This document shows positions 15,152 to 25,586 of a DNA stretch of 26,607 nucleotides, in pieces; the first letter of the stretch is position 1; each line of letters begins with the position of its first letter. The notes under the pieces were generated by a model. The model saw only the letters and a program-made list of their open reading frames with translations, ran no database searches and was not told the origin of the DNA. Made by a program: the position numbers and the translations under genes. This DNA comes from a virus (Duplodnaviria; Caudoviricetes): IMG/VR virus record IMGVR_UViG_3300042997_001508, positions 1 to 26,607 of that record; one strand, 5' to 3'.

Positions 15152-17418
15152 CCGTTTTCCCGACGCAGGACAGCTTTGTTCGAGGTGAGATTTCGCCGCG
15201 CCTGCACGCGCGCGCCTCGCTCGACCTTTATCGCTCGGCGTTGGCGAAGTGCGAGAACTTCATCACGCTTCCGCATGGCGGCCTGCGTAAGCGCGGCGGG
15301 TCGTATTTCGCGGGAGAAAGCAAGGGGTCAAATTCTGAACGGCCGATTCCGTTCATCTTCTCTGAGACGCAGGCCTATATGCTGTGGTTTGGGGAGAAGT
15401 ATTTCCGCGTCTATGCGTATGGCGGGCCGGTCATGAACGGCCTTTCGGTCGTCGAGGTCGCCACGCCATACACCTATGCCGATGTCGTCGACCTGCAGTT
15501 CGATCAATCAGGCGATGTGCTGTATCTCACGCACCAGAACTATGCGCCGCGGAAGATCACGCGCTCGACGAACACGTCGTGGTCGATCTCGCCCGTCAAC
15601 AACAACGACGGGCCGTTTGGTTTTCAGAACGCCAACGAGACGGTCAAGATGTACGCCAGTGCCACGTCGGGCACGGTGACGCTCACGGCCGATAGCGCGG
15701 TGTTCACGTCGGATATGGTCGGCCAGCTGGTTAAGATTCAGGTCGAAACGTTCGGCACGTGGAAACCTTGGGAGGCCGGCGGCTATCTCAACAGCAGTTC
15801 CGGCAACGGCTTCTTTCGCCGCCACAATGGCAATGTTTATGTCTCCACGGCTCCGGGCCTCGTCACCGGCAAGGTGCAGATGGGCGGCACACCGCCTACG
15901 CATCTGAAGGGCGAGGAATGGGACGGCGGCAGCGAGCTTGCCGAGCAGTTCGATGGATCGACGACCGACTACGGTGTGAACTACGGCGTCAAATGGCGCT
16001 ATGTGCATTCCGGCTACGGCATCGCCCGTGTTCTGTCGGTCGGTGGTGGCGGATTGACGGCGACGGCTGATGTGCTCGAGACATTCCCGGCCGAGCTGAT
16101 CGGCGCGGGCAACAAGTCATATCGGTGGTCGACTGGCGGCTTTGGTGGCTCCGAGGGCTATCCGCGGTCGGTGACGATCTTCGAAGAGCGCTTGTGCTAC
16201 GGGCAGAAATATTCCGTCTACGGCTCCAAGACATTCGATTTCAACAGCTTTCGGTCGGGCGCGAACGACGACGACGCGGTGTCGTTCAAGCTTGCCGGAG
16301 CGAACGACATCACCTGGCTGCAGGAGTCGGACGGCTTTCTTCTGGTCGGCACCATCGCCGGCGTGCGGACGCTCTCCGGCGGCGGCAATAACGAGCCGCT
16401 GACGCCCTCGAAATTCAAGAACCGAGGCTCGCCCACCAAGCGTTGCTCTTCGATCCCGCCGGTGAAAGCCGGCTCGACATTCGTCTATGTCGGGTTCGAT
16501 CGCAAATCCGTGGTCGAGATGGCGTTCTCCCTGGAGAAGAACGGTTATTCGACCACGCCGGTCAGCATCATCTCGGAGCATATTCCGAAGCAGGGGATTT
16601 CCTCGATCTGCTATCAGAGCGAGACGGACCCGATTTTCTGGCTTGGGCTCGACAATGGCGAGCTCGGTGGGCTGACCTATGAGGCAGACCAGAACGTCCG
16701 CGGCTGGCACCGGCACAAGATCGGTGGGCGCTGGGGCAATTATGACCATGGCGTCATCGAGTGGGTAGCCTCAACGCCAGGCCAGTCCGGCGCCGATGAT
16801 GTCTGGATCCTGGTGAGGCGGACCATCAACGGTTTCACCCGCCGCTACATTGAGGTGCTGCGGTCGCCTTTCGAATATGGGGATGTCACCGACGCGTTCA
16901 TGGTGGATTGCGGGCTGACCTATGAGGGCGTTCCCAAGGCCAACTTCTCCGGGCTATCGCACCTCGAAGGCGAGCCGGTCGTCGCGCTGGCCGATGGCAA
17001 GGTCGTCAAAGGGCTTGTCGTCCATGCCGGCGAGGTCGTCCTGCCGTGGCCCGCGTCCAAGATCCACATTGGCCTGCCTTACAGCGCGGTGGCCGAGACC
17101 CTTGAGCTCGACGTCGGCGGCCGTGACGGTTCGGTTATGGGACGCCGGAAGCGCGTGAATTCGCTGATCCTGTCGGTGCTGGAGTCGGCCAACATTTACG
17201 TGAAGTCAGCAACGCGCTCCACGTTCGAAGGGCAGAAGGCCGGGCGCAACACCATCGTTCCGCCAACTAACGTGGTGTCGCTGTTCACCGGAAATCTGGA
17301 CGAGGTGAGGCTGGACGATTCATGGGAGGGGCAGGGCCGCATTCGTATCGAGGCGCCGGACCCTGTGCCGGCCACCATCCGCGCAATCATCCCCGGCTTC
17401 GATAGCGAGGGCTCATAA
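15148..17418 (+). CDS. Tail tubular protein B / nozzle (T7 gp12-like)
   Basis: SF.RGEISP.L..R.....Y......NF...PHGG..KR.G, QSGDVLYLTH, GYP..VT.FEERL, GWHRH. Confidence 0.92.
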   Translation: MTVFPTQDSFVRGEISPRLHARASLDLYRSALAKCENFITLPHGGLRKRGGSYFAGESKGSNSERPIPFIFSETQAYMLWFGEKYFRVYAYGGPVMNGLSVVEVATPYTYADVVDLQFDQSGDVLYLTHQNYAPRKITRSTNTSWSISPVNNNDGPFGFQNANETVKMYASATSGTVTLTADSAVFTSDMVGQLVKIQVETFGTWKPWEAGGYLNSSSGNGFFRRHNGNVYVSTAPGLVTGKVQMGGTPPTHLKGEEWDGGSELAEQFDGSTTDYGVNYGVKWRYVHSGYGIARVLSVGGGGLTATADVLETFPAELIGAGNKSYRWSTGGFGGSEGYPRSVTIFEERLCYGQKYSVYGSKTFDFNSFRSGANDDDAVSFKLAGANDITWLQESDGFLLVGTIAGVRTLSGGGNNEPLTPSKFKNRGSPTKRCSSIPPVKAGSTFVYVGFDRKSVVEMAFSLEKNGYSTTPVSIISEHIPKQGISSICYQSETDPIFWLGLDNGELGGLTYEADQNVRGWHRHKIGGRWGNYDHGVIEWVASTPGQSGADDVWILVRRTINGFTRRYIEVLRSPFEYGDVTDAFMVDCGLTYEGVPKANFSGLSHLEGEPVVALADGKVVKGLVVHAGEVVLPWPASKIHIGLPYSAVAETLELDVGGRDGSVMGRRKRVNSLILSVLESANIYVKSATRSTFEGQKAGRNTIVPPTNVVSLFTGNLDEVRLDDSWEGQGRIRIEAPDPVPATIRAIIPGFDSEGS

Positions 17419-17906
17419 TGTGCGCTTTCGCACCATTGATGTTGGCCACCACGGCGCTGTCCGCGGTTGGCTCGATCATGCAGGGCAATCAGGCCGCGGC
17501 GGCCGGCGCTGCTCAGCAGGCCAGCTACGATCAAGCGGCAGAGAATGAACGCCTGGCATCCGGCTATGAGGCCACGCGTGTGGCTGATCGCAACCGGCGC
17601 GCGTCATCCGCTGCGCTGACGCAGGTGGCCGGGTCGGGCGTGGCGCTGACCGGATCGCCCACGGAAGTGCTCGCCGATAACGCAATTCAATCGCAGATGG
17701 ACATCGACGCCATCCGCTTCGGTTCGCAGATCAAGCAGGGCAATCTGCGCATGCAGGGCGATCTGGCCATGATGCAGGGACAGCAGCGGCAGACCGCGGG
17801 CTATATCGGCGCCGCAACGAATGTCGCAAGCGGCCTGACACAGCTTTACTCGCCACGGAATTCGGTGCGCATGGGCGGCTCTGGATTTGGGATGGGCTAT
17901 ACCTGA
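17418..17906 (+). CDS. Internal virion/ejection protein (T7 gp14-like)
   Basis: MC start, hydrophobic N-terminus, A.SGV..TGSP.EV, Ala/Gln-rich. Confidence 0.8.
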   Translation: MCAFAPLMLATTALSAVGSIMQGNQAAAAGAAQQASYDQAAENERLASGYEATRVADRNRRASSAALTQVAGSGVALTGSPTEVLADNAIQSQMDIDAIRFGSQIKQGNLRMQGDLAMMQGQQRQTAGYIGAATNVASGLTQLYSPRNSVRMGGSGFGMGYT

Positions 17907-20383
17907 TGGCCACCATTCCCCGCATTGTATCCCAGCGCAGTCTCGACCCGGGCGGCGTTGTCTCGATCCCGACTGGTGATCCCGTCGGCGCTGCCTTGGA
18001 GCAGGCCGGCACCAAGGGGGTGTCGCTGATCGCGCACTATCAGGATCGCGTCAACTATCAGGAGCGATTCCAGTCGCTGATTTCGTTCGACGAATTCTCG
18101 ACAAAGCGAGAGAGCGACAAGGTCGCCGCGACGCAGAACATGAAGCCCGGCGCGGCCGGACTGCACGATGGTCTGGTCCAGAACTACGACGCCAAGGCCA
18201 GTGAGTGGCTCAATACGCTGCCGCAAAGCCAGCGGCCAGAGTTTGAGGCACGGCTGCGGGCGAAGCGCGAGGCCTATTCGATCGAAGCCGCGCGGCTGCA
18301 GAAAGCTGAAAGCGATCGCTTTGAGACCGACGGCATCAAGACGCGTGTGGATACCTCAAAGCAGGGCATCCTGCAGTCGGGGCCCGACGCCGTGCCGGCG
18401 TTCACGAAGGATGTCGAGGAGCTGATCGACACGTCGTCGCTGTCGCCGATCCAAAAGGAAGCTGCGAAGAAGCAACTTCGCGCCGAGCTGGAGGAAACCG
18501 GGTTCCGCGCGCTGGCGCAGCGTGATCCTGAAGCAGCTCAGCGCGTGGCAAAGGGATGGGGTGTCGACAAGGGCTTCTCCGGCACCGCGATCGACCGCAC
18601 CATGCAGCTGCTGCGTGACAAGGAAGGTTTCAAGTCGAGCACCTATTGGGACGTCAACGCCGATCGCGTCGGCTACGGCTCCGATACGATCACAGACCCG
18701 GATGGAAAGATCAGGACCGTCAAGGCTGGCGACACTGTCACCCGGGAGGATGCCGAGCGCGACCTTCGCCGGCGCACGCAGGAATCGCTGGGCCAGGTCC
18801 AGAAGGCGGTCGGTGACGAAGCCTTCAATCGGCTGACACCGAACCAGCAGGCCGCCGTCGGCTCGGTCGTCTACAACTACGGTCGCCTGCCTGACAGCGT
18901 GGGCGCTGCGATCCGCACGGGTGACGCAGAGCGCATTGCTCAGTCGATCGAGGGCCTGCAGGGGCACAACAATGGCGTGAACCGCAACCGACGACTGGCA
19001 GAGGCGGCGCTTGCGCGCAGCTCCGGCGATGGCCCGGTGCCAGGTGTCTACCAGGCTGATCCCCGCTTCGCCAACGTGCCGGCCGAAAAGCGCATCGTGC
19101 TGGCCGGGAATGCCGACGTCGAGGCGAACCAGCAGCGCGCTGCGATCGCGGCCCGTGAGACGGCTGATTACAACGAGCGCTTGAACGCTCTGCAGACGTC
19201 GGTCATCGACGGCAAGGCCACGGCGGCCGACGTCCAGCAGGCGCGCAAGGAGGGCTGGCTGCGCGACGCGGGCGATATTCAGAAGGTATTGAGCGCCATC
19301 GCGACGCGGGACAAGGCGACGTCGGATATCACGAGCTTCAGCAAGGCGATGGCAGATCCATCATTCGCGTGGAATCCGGTCAACAAGGACCAGAAGGATT
19401 GGATTGACGCTGGCTTCAAATCGCTCGGGGGCGATATGCCGGCGCTTCAGACGATTGCCGAGAAAACCGGGATCGTGCCGGCGAGCGCGGCTGTCGCCAT
19501 GCGGGGCAGCCTGTTGTCGCCGGATGCCAATCGCGTGCAGAGCGCCCTGCAGACCGCGGCAAATCTCACCGGTGGCCGCTATACGGACATCTTCGCCGGT
19601 GTCGAGGGCGGCAAGGAGCTGACCGAGGCGGGGCTGACCTTCCGGCATCTGGTCTACGACCGCGGTCTCTCGGCGGCTGAGGCCACCAAGAAGATCATGG
19701 AAGAGCGCACGCCCGAGTTCGAGCGCGACATCAAGGCGCGCATCAAGTCCGAGGACGTCAATGCGATTGTCAGGAAGGAGCTGAAGGACGGCGATATCCG
19801 CTCGGCCTTCGATCCGTCATTCCTTGGCCTGGCGCCGAACCCGCAGCTCACGTTCAATCCCGAAATGCGCCAGCGCGCGATGGGCGACTACGAGGAGATC
19901 TTCCGGGAACAGTTCGCCAAGAATGGCGACGTCGGCCGCAGCAAGACGCTGGCACTGGAAGAGATGAAGCGCACCTGGGGCGTGACCGAGGTATCCGGGC
20001 AGAAGACCATCATCAAATATCCGCCGGAGCGCGCGCCGGCCTATGCGGGCGTCCAGAACGCCGCCGAGCACATTGCGCAGCAGGCGCTGGCTGCCATCAA
20101 AGATCTAAACGGGGTGGACGTCGAGCGCTCCAAGCTGCGCATGGATGAGGTTCGGACGACTGGCGAGCGCTACACGCGCGGTGAGCCGCCAACCTACATC
20201 CTGAGCTACACCGACAAGAACGGAGTGGCGCAGACCATTCCCCGCCCATTCTATGCTGATCCGGGCCTGATGCGTGACGCGCAGACCGCGCAGCGGGCGG
20301 CGCAGTCTGCCCGCATTCAGCAGCGTGTTGCGATTGACGCAGACATGGCCGATTTGAGCCGTGCTCCGTTCGGGGTGCAGTGA
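17906..20383 (+). CDS. Ejection protein (gp15-like) with internal GH24-type lysozyme domain
   Basis: Helical protein containing KEGFKSSTYWD...VGYGS...TREDAE...LTPNQQAAVGSVVYNYG...RRLAEA at about 18600-19015. Confidence 0.8.
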   Translation: MATIPRIVSQRSLDPGGVVSIPTGDPVGAALEQAGTKGVSLIAHYQDRVNYQERFQSLISFDEFSTKRESDKVAATQNMKPGAAGLHDGLVQNYDAKASEWLNTLPQSQRPEFEARLRAKREAYSIEAARLQKAESDRFETDGIKTRVDTSKQGILQSGPDAVPAFTKDVEELIDTSSLSPIQKEAAKKQLRAELEETGFRALAQRDPEAAQRVAKGWGVDKGFSGTAIDRTMQLLRDKEGFKSSTYWDVNADRVGYGSDTITDPDGKIRTVKAGDTVTREDAERDLRRRTQESLGQVQKAVGDEAFNRLTPNQQAAVGSVVYNYGRLPDSVGAAIRTGDAERIAQSIEGLQGHNNGVNRNRRLAEAALARSSGDGPVPGVYQADPRFANVPAEKRIVLAGNADVEANQQRAAIAARETADYNERLNALQTSVIDGKATAADVQQARKEGWLRDAGDIQKVLSAIATRDKATSDITSFSKAMADPSFAWNPVNKDQKDWIDAGFKSLGGDMPALQTIAEKTGIVPASAAVAMRGSLLSPDANRVQSALQTAANLTGGRYTDIFAGVEGGKELTEAGLTFRHLVYDRGLSAAEATKKIMEERTPEFERDIKARIKSEDVNAIVRKELKDGDIRSAFDPSFLGLAPNPQLTFNPEMRQRAMGDYEEIFREQFAKNGDVGRSKTLALEEMKRTWGVTEVSGQKTIIKYPPERAPAYAGVQNAAEHIAQQALAAIKDLNGVDVERSKLRMDEVRTTGERYTRGEPPTYILSYTDKNGVAQTIPRPFYADPGLMRDAQTAQRAAQSARIQQRVAIDADMADLSRAPFGVQ

Positions 20384-23300
20384 TGCCGTTTGTCGACGAA
20401 GCACCGCGCATTGATCTCGGCAACCGGGTCGACTTCCCGAAAGGGATGACGATTACGCCGGGCGAGGAAGATCTGAACGACGGCCCGGCAAAAACGTCGT
20501 GGAACTGGGGTGCAGCGTTCCGGCGCAACAACGAGGTCGCCGCCGCGCTGTCTTCGGAGTCGCTGTGGACGCTGAACGAGCCGGAGGCCGGTTTCAATCC
20601 ATGGGAAAAGATCAAGGGCACGCCGGACGAGGCGAACTTTGCTCGACTTTCCGAGGCGCGCAACCAGCGCCGCTTTGACGCTATCAAAGCGGACATCGCG
20701 CGCGAGAACGACGACCGCAAGCTGCTGGACAGCCAGCCATGGTGGATGGGTCTGGCAACGGAGGGATCTGCGTCGATCCTGAGTCCGACCACGCTGCTGC
20801 CTGGTGGTTCGTTCGTGAAGGGTGCTCGCGGCGGGCTTGCGCTGGCACGCAGCGCGGCGAGCGTGGGTGGTGCGGCCGCAGCCGGCACGGCCATTCAGGA
20901 AGGCATGCTGCATTCGGTCGAGCAAACCCGCACGGTTGGTGAAAGCGCGACAGCAATCGGGGCGTCCGCTTTGCTGGGCGGCTTGCTTGGTTCGGCGGCC
21001 TCTTTCATGACGAAAGCGGAGTGGCAGAAGGCGATCGGCGCCATCGAGAGCGAAATTGATGCTCCGCGCACCGGGCTCGAGCCGCTGCAGGTGCTGGAGG
21101 CCGCCAACTCGAATGGCCGCCTGGCGTCCGTCGGCGCCGCTGCGAACGTCGCTGCCGACATCACGGACAACAGCATCGCCGGCGGCGCGGCAAGCGCAAC
21201 GGCCGCTGCCACAGCCAGGATGAACCCGCTGCTGCGCGCGCTGCACAGCCCGTCATCGGCATACCGCGAGATCGCAACCGATCTGGTGGAAAATCCGCTG
21301 TACCTGAAGAAGAATTTCGAGGGTGTCGCTTCCGAGCCGGCGGTCGAGACTCTGATGAAGGAATACAACGCCGGCTTGGCACAGGCTCTGAGGGCCACAA
21401 ATGCCGGCTATCTCGATTATGTGAAGGCCGGCGGCCAGCTCGATCGGTCTGAGTTTCGGGAAGCCGTTGGCAAGGCGATGCGGCGCGGTGACGCGGATGC
21501 TGACCCTGTGGTGGCGCGCGTCGCTCGCGAGTATCGCGCCAAGGTCTTCGACCCGCTGAAGCAGCAGGCAATCGACGCCAAGCTGTTGCCGGAAGACGTT
21601 TCGGTCGACACTGCACAGTCCTATTTCACCCGCATGTGGAACGGTCGCCGGATTTCGGCCGACGAGGCCGGCTTCAAGGCGATGGTGCAGGAGCACATCA
21701 ACGCCGAAATGCCGAAATTGCTTCAGGCGTTTGACCGTGAGACGGCGCTGCGTGAGACGAAGCTGACCGGCGAGAAGCTGGTCGAATATCAGGTCGAGCG
21801 CCGCATCGAGCGTTCCGATCGGTTCAACGACCGTGACGCCGCCAAGCAGATCGCCGACGAGGTGTTCGACACGTTGACAGGCCGCGCCGGCACCGGCAAC
21901 CGCCCGGATTTCATCACGATCAAGGCGCGCGGGCCGCTGAAGGAGCGCACGTTCAATATCCCCGACCTGTTCCGCGCCTCCAATGGCCGCGGCGTCGAGG
22001 ACTATCTGGAGCACGACGTCGAGCAAGTGGCGCGCCGCTACACGCGCGTCATGGGCGCCGATGTCGAACTGGCTCGCAAGTTCGGGTCAGTCGACATGGT
22101 CGACCAGATCACCAAGATCAGGGAGGACTACCGCGGACTGCGTGATGGCGTGACTGACGAGCGGCAGTTGAAGCGGCTGGCCGATCGAGAGACGGCCGAC
22201 ATTCGCGATCTTGAGGCTGTCCGCGACATGCTTCGGGGAACCAACCCCGGCGCCGTTGCAGATGCCAGCTATTCGCGGGTCGTGCGGTCGGTGAACCACT
22301 TCAACTACCTGCGCTCAATGGGCGAGGTGGCTATTGCGTCCCTGACTGAAACTGTGCGGCCGGCGATGGTGCACGGACTGACGCCCTACATGGAGACGCT
22401 GGGCCAGACGCTGACCAACATGAAGGGCATCCGCCTGTCGGTAGGTGAAGGCCAACTGGCCGGCAATATTGCCGAGAACGTGCTGGGCACGCGATTGGCG
22501 ACGCTGTCGGAGATCATCGATCCCTACGCCTCTCGCGGTCCGGTCGAAGCGTTCCTCGAGAACATGACCAATATCGCGTCGAAGTGGAACGGCATCCGGC
22601 TGTTGACCGACATGCAGAAGTCGATTGCGTCGGTGATGACCCAGAACCGCTTACTGCGCGGCGCAACGATGTTCGATCAGGTCGCCGAGAAGGAGCGGGC
22701 TTACCTCGCCTATATGGGTATCGACCAGTCGATGGCCTCCCGGATCGCAAAGCAGTTCGCGGAGCACGGCGAGACGGTCGACAAGGTGAGGGTGGCCAAC
22801 ACCGAGATGTGGACTGACGAGGTCGCGCGCCGGACCTATCGCGCCGCGATCAACAAGGACGTGGACAGCATCATCACCACCAAGGGCGTGGCCGACACCC
22901 CGCTATTCGCTAATACCCCGACCGGCCGGGCGATGCTGCAGTTCAAATCGTTCGCCCTTGCCAGTCATCAGCGCGTGCTGCTGCGCGGTCTCCAGGAGGA
23001 ACAGTCGAGGTTTGTGGGCGGCCTGGTGGCGATGACCACGATCGGCATGATGGCAACGTGGCTCAAGGCAGTGTCCGGCAATCGCACCGAGAAGCTGCAG
23101 GACGCTACGAAGAACCCCGGCTGGTGGATCGCTGAAGGTCTGGACAAGGCCGGCATCTTTGCCATCCCGATGGAGATCGCCAACACTTTCGAGAAAGCGA
23201 CCGGTTTTAACCCCATCAAGTCGCCGATCAAGGCGGCAGACGAGGGCGCCGCGATCTCGCAGAAGAACCAGAACCGCTCGCTGATCGGAACCGTGGTCGG

Positions 23301-23478
23301 CCCGAGTGCCGGCCTGGTGGACGACGCAACGCAAGTGCTCGGTGTGCCAAAGAAGATCATCGACGGCGAAGAGGTCACGCAGGGGCAGAAAAATGCCGCT
23401 GAGCGACTTCTACCGTTCAACTCCTACGCCGGCATCCGCCAGATGCTGCGCTACATCGTCAATCCGCAAGAACAATAG
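20383..23478 (+). CDS. Large ejection protein (gp16-like)
   Basis: About 1030 aa; Gly/Ala hydrophobic segments, YFTRMWN, QFKSF; third gene of the ejection cluster. Confidence 0.8.
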   Translation: MPFVDEAPRIDLGNRVDFPKGMTITPGEEDLNDGPAKTSWNWGAAFRRNNEVAAALSSESLWTLNEPEAGFNPWEKIKGTPDEANFARLSEARNQRRFDAIKADIARENDDRKLLDSQPWWMGLATEGSASILSPTTLLPGGSFVKGARGGLALARSAASVGGAAAAGTAIQEGMLHSVEQTRTVGESATAIGASALLGGLLGSAASFMTKAEWQKAIGAIESEIDAPRTGLEPLQVLEAANSNGRLASVGAAANVAADITDNSIAGGAASATAAATARMNPLLRALHSPSSAYREIATDLVENPLYLKKNFEGVASEPAVETLMKEYNAGLAQALRATNAGYLDYVKAGGQLDRSEFREAVGKAMRRGDADADPVVARVAREYRAKVFDPLKQQAIDAKLLPEDVSVDTAQSYFTRMWNGRRISADEAGFKAMVQEHINAEMPKLLQAFDRETALRETKLTGEKLVEYQVERRIERSDRFNDRDAAKQIADEVFDTLTGRAGTGNRPDFITIKARGPLKERTFNIPDLFRASNGRGVEDYLEHDVEQVARRYTRVMGADVELARKFGSVDMVDQITKIREDYRGLRDGVTDERQLKRLADRETADIRDLEAVRDMLRGTNPGAVADASYSRVVRSVNHFNYLRSMGEVAIASLTETVRPAMVHGLTPYMETLGQTLTNMKGIRLSVGEGQLAGNIAENVLGTRLATLSEIIDPYASRGPVEAFLENMTNIASKWNGIRLLTDMQKSIASVMTQNRLLRGATMFDQVAEKERAYLAYMGIDQSMASRIAKQFAEHGETVDKVRVANTEMWTDEVARRTYRAAINKDVDSIITTKGVADTPLFANTPTGRAMLQFKSFALASHQRVLLRGLQEEQSRFVGGLVAMTTIGMMATWLKAVSGNRTEKLQDATKNPGWWIAEGLDKAGIFAIPMEIANTFEKATGFNPIKSPIKAADEGAAISQKNQNRSLIGTVVGPSAGLVDDATQVLGVPKKIIDGEEVTQGQKNAAERLLPFNSYAGIRQMLRYIVNPQEQ

Positions 23479-23538
23479 TCCAGTCCCATCACGACCAAAC
23501 ACCGCCATTCCGGCGGGCGCTTACCTATGGAGAATCCA

Positions 23539-23769
23539 ATGCCTGCAACTCGTGACATCGCCATCTCCCGCTCTCGCCGCACTGCGGGCAACACCGGCGC
23601 AGGCGGTCCGGTAAAGCTTAAATCCTACACCGTGGCCGGTCTGCCATCGGCAGCCTCAGCCGGTGCTGGCGCCATCGTCTACGTCTCCAACGCCGCAACC
23701 GCGGCCTGCGTGGCTTGGTCGGATGGCACCAACTGGAAGCGTGCGGACACCGGCGCGACGGTGACCTGA
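23539..23769 (+). CDS. 76-aa virion fibre-type module protein
   Basis: GGAG RBS before ATG 23539; YTVAGLPSA...GAIVYVSNA...AWSDGTNWKR motif seen in phage fibre proteins. Confidence 0.7.
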   Translation: MPATRDIAISRSRRTAGNTGAGGPVKLKSYTVAGLPSAASAGAGAIVYVSNAATAACVAWSDGTNWKRADTGATVT

Positions 23770-23849
23770 TGAAACTAACCAAAACACAGGCCCGTTGGGT
23801 GATTGTGGCGCGTATGCGCAAGCGGCGACGTCGGCGCAGGTCGTCCTGA
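23769..23849 (+). CDS. 26-aa poly-arginine peptide
   Basis: MKLTKTQARWVIVARMRKRRRRRRSS*; TGATG overlaps at both ends. Not in ORF track. Confidence 0.65.
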   Translation: MKLTKTQARWVIVARMRKRRRRRRSS

Positions 23850-24250
23850 TGAGTATTCCGGCCGTCATCCAATACCCAACGCGTACACCTCCGAATGTGC
23901 GGGGGCGAAGCGCGTATGGCCCAACGGGACGGTGGGCGACGATACTTCGATCATTTATGGCCGCTGGAAATGACGAATATTTCCAGCGGGACGAAGTAAT
24001 GAATATCAGCCTGAGTACTCCCCCGGAGCGGCCTCCAGAGCTTCCGGGGCTCGCTACAGCTCCGATCGACATTGCGTATTCATATTACCTGGAACGCGTC
24101 CCTGACGGCGTTCAAATAGGGATGGTGCGGGGCGGTGCTATCGACTCTGTCGGCGGTTTCGGATTCTCCGACGGCAGCGAGGTTCCTAGCTGGCTCTGGT
24201 TTAATGACATCAACCGAAGCGGACTTGTTGCGCTTTTCGAGGACATCTAA
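23849..24250 (+). CDS. 133-aa uncharacterised late protein (paralog B)
   Basis: MSIPAVIQYP...; shares GRWAxIL, DEV, ExVP and IGMVRGG...GFG motifs with 6609-6968. Confidence 0.8.
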   Translation: MSIPAVIQYPTRTPPNVRGRSAYGPTGRWATILRSFMAAGNDEYFQRDEVMNISLSTPPERPPELPGLATAPIDIAYSYYLERVPDGVQIGMVRGGAIDSVGGFGFSDGSEVPSWLWFNDINRSGLVALFEDI

Positions 24251-25047
24251 TGGCTACGATCGATGTAAAAGATGCGGGTGGATCGGTCGTACCGATCGAA
24301 AAGCCGCTTGCACCGGGTAGAGCGGCTGCAGCCCTCTCTAGGCCAGTTGCGCTTTCAACCGAGGATAAGGCTTCTGTTGATGCGATATCGACTGCCCTCT
24401 CAACGCTTGGGAATTACCTTGATCAAGTTGAGGCGTTGATCGGAAGCACTAACACAGGTCTTTCTTCTGTTCTGGCTAAGCTGTCTGCGGATCCTGCAAC
24501 GCAGACAACGTTGGCTGCAATTCTGGCCAAGCTGAATTCGAGCGTTGCTGTCACCGGGACCTTCTGGCAGGCGACGCAGCCGATTTCTGCCGCGTCATTG
24601 CCGCTACCTTCGGGCGCCGCTACGGCAGCAAATCAGGTTGCCGCGACCCCGGCGGGGACCAATTTGATTGGGCGCGTCGCTGCTGATGCTAGTGCGGCTA
24701 CTGGCGGAATCTCATCGACCTCACGAATTTTGTCGGCAGCGGCTTCAACGAATGCGACAAGCGCTAAAGCTTCTTCCGGGCGGCTTTATGCCATCCAAGG
24801 CTTTAACGCCTCGTCGTTTGTTAGATACCTCAAACTCTACAATAAGGCGTCGTCTCCGACCGTTGGTACGGACACGCCGGTAAAGACGCTCGCGCTGCCT
24901 CCGAATGTCGGCTTCGCTTTTGACTGGCCGCACGGATATTCGTTTGCCACAGGAATTGCATTCGCGCTCACTGCTGGCTCTGCCGACAACGACACGACAA
25001 ACGTCACGGCCGGCGACATTCTTGGCCTCAACCTGGATTATGTCTGA
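24250..25047 (+). CDS. Putative virion fibre/spike structural protein
   Basis: Ala/Thr/Ser-rich; helical stalk then beta-rich C-terminus (YLKLYNKASSPTVGTDTP...FATGIAFALT); GAGG RBS. Confidence 0.65.
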   Translation: MATIDVKDAGGSVVPIEKPLAPGRAAAALSRPVALSTEDKASVDAISTALSTLGNYLDQVEALIGSTNTGLSSVLAKLSADPATQTTLAAILAKLNSSVAVTGTFWQATQPISAASLPLPSGAATAANQVAATPAGTNLIGRVAADASAATGGISSTSRILSAAASTNATSAKASSGRLYAIQGFNASSFVRYLKLYNKASSPTVGTDTPVKTLALPPNVGFAFDWPHGYSFATGIAFALTAGSADNDTTNVTAGDILGLNLDYV

Positions 25048-25559
25048 TGAGCGGATTTTCAGGACCATCGCGCTCCGTCGAGACGATCTTTTGGGAATAC
25101 ACCAACGCACCAAACCCAGCGAACACCAACCATATCGCAACATCATCATTCGCAATTCCTGCGAATTTGCTGTCCAAAGATGGTGACGAACTTATCCTTG
25201 AGACCGATTTCATCTTCAGCAGCGCCACTAGCACAAAAGGGTATGGTGCCAATATTGGCCATAGCTCCTTCAGTTCCGGCGGTTTCTCGGGCGGTGTGTC
25301 GCTCTTTTCAAACGGAACGGCGACTGCATCGCAGAGCATGCGAGCCACAACCACAATAACGCGGACTGGGCCGACTGAGGCTCAGTACAGAACGTTTTGT
25401 TCTTTCAGCAACACGCAAACGTCAAATGTAATCTACGCGACCTCTACCGTTAACTGGTCCGCTTCGCAGAATATCGCGACAGAGGTATTTGATGTGACAG
25501 GCAATGCTGGCGCCATAACGATCAAGCAGACGCGCCTCACGTTGCGCCGCGCCCCGTAA
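25047..25559 (+). CDS. Beta-rich Ser/Thr protein, putative fibre tip or accessory
   Basis: TGATG coupling; alternating beta-strand pattern; lower GC. Confidence 0.55.
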   Translation: MSGFSGPSRSVETIFWEYTNAPNPANTNHIATSSFAIPANLLSKDGDELILETDFIFSSATSTKGYGANIGHSSFSSGGFSGGVSLFSNGTATASQSMRATTTITRTGPTEAQYRTFCSFSNTQTSNVIYATSTVNWSASQNIATEVFDVTGNAGAITIKQTRLTLRRAP

Positions 25560-25586
25560 TCAACAAATATTAGAGAGACCGATAAG

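Noticed and set aside
23502-23516. CCGCC/GGCGG hairpin as a terminator
   Set aside because: 5-bp stem with no U-tract.
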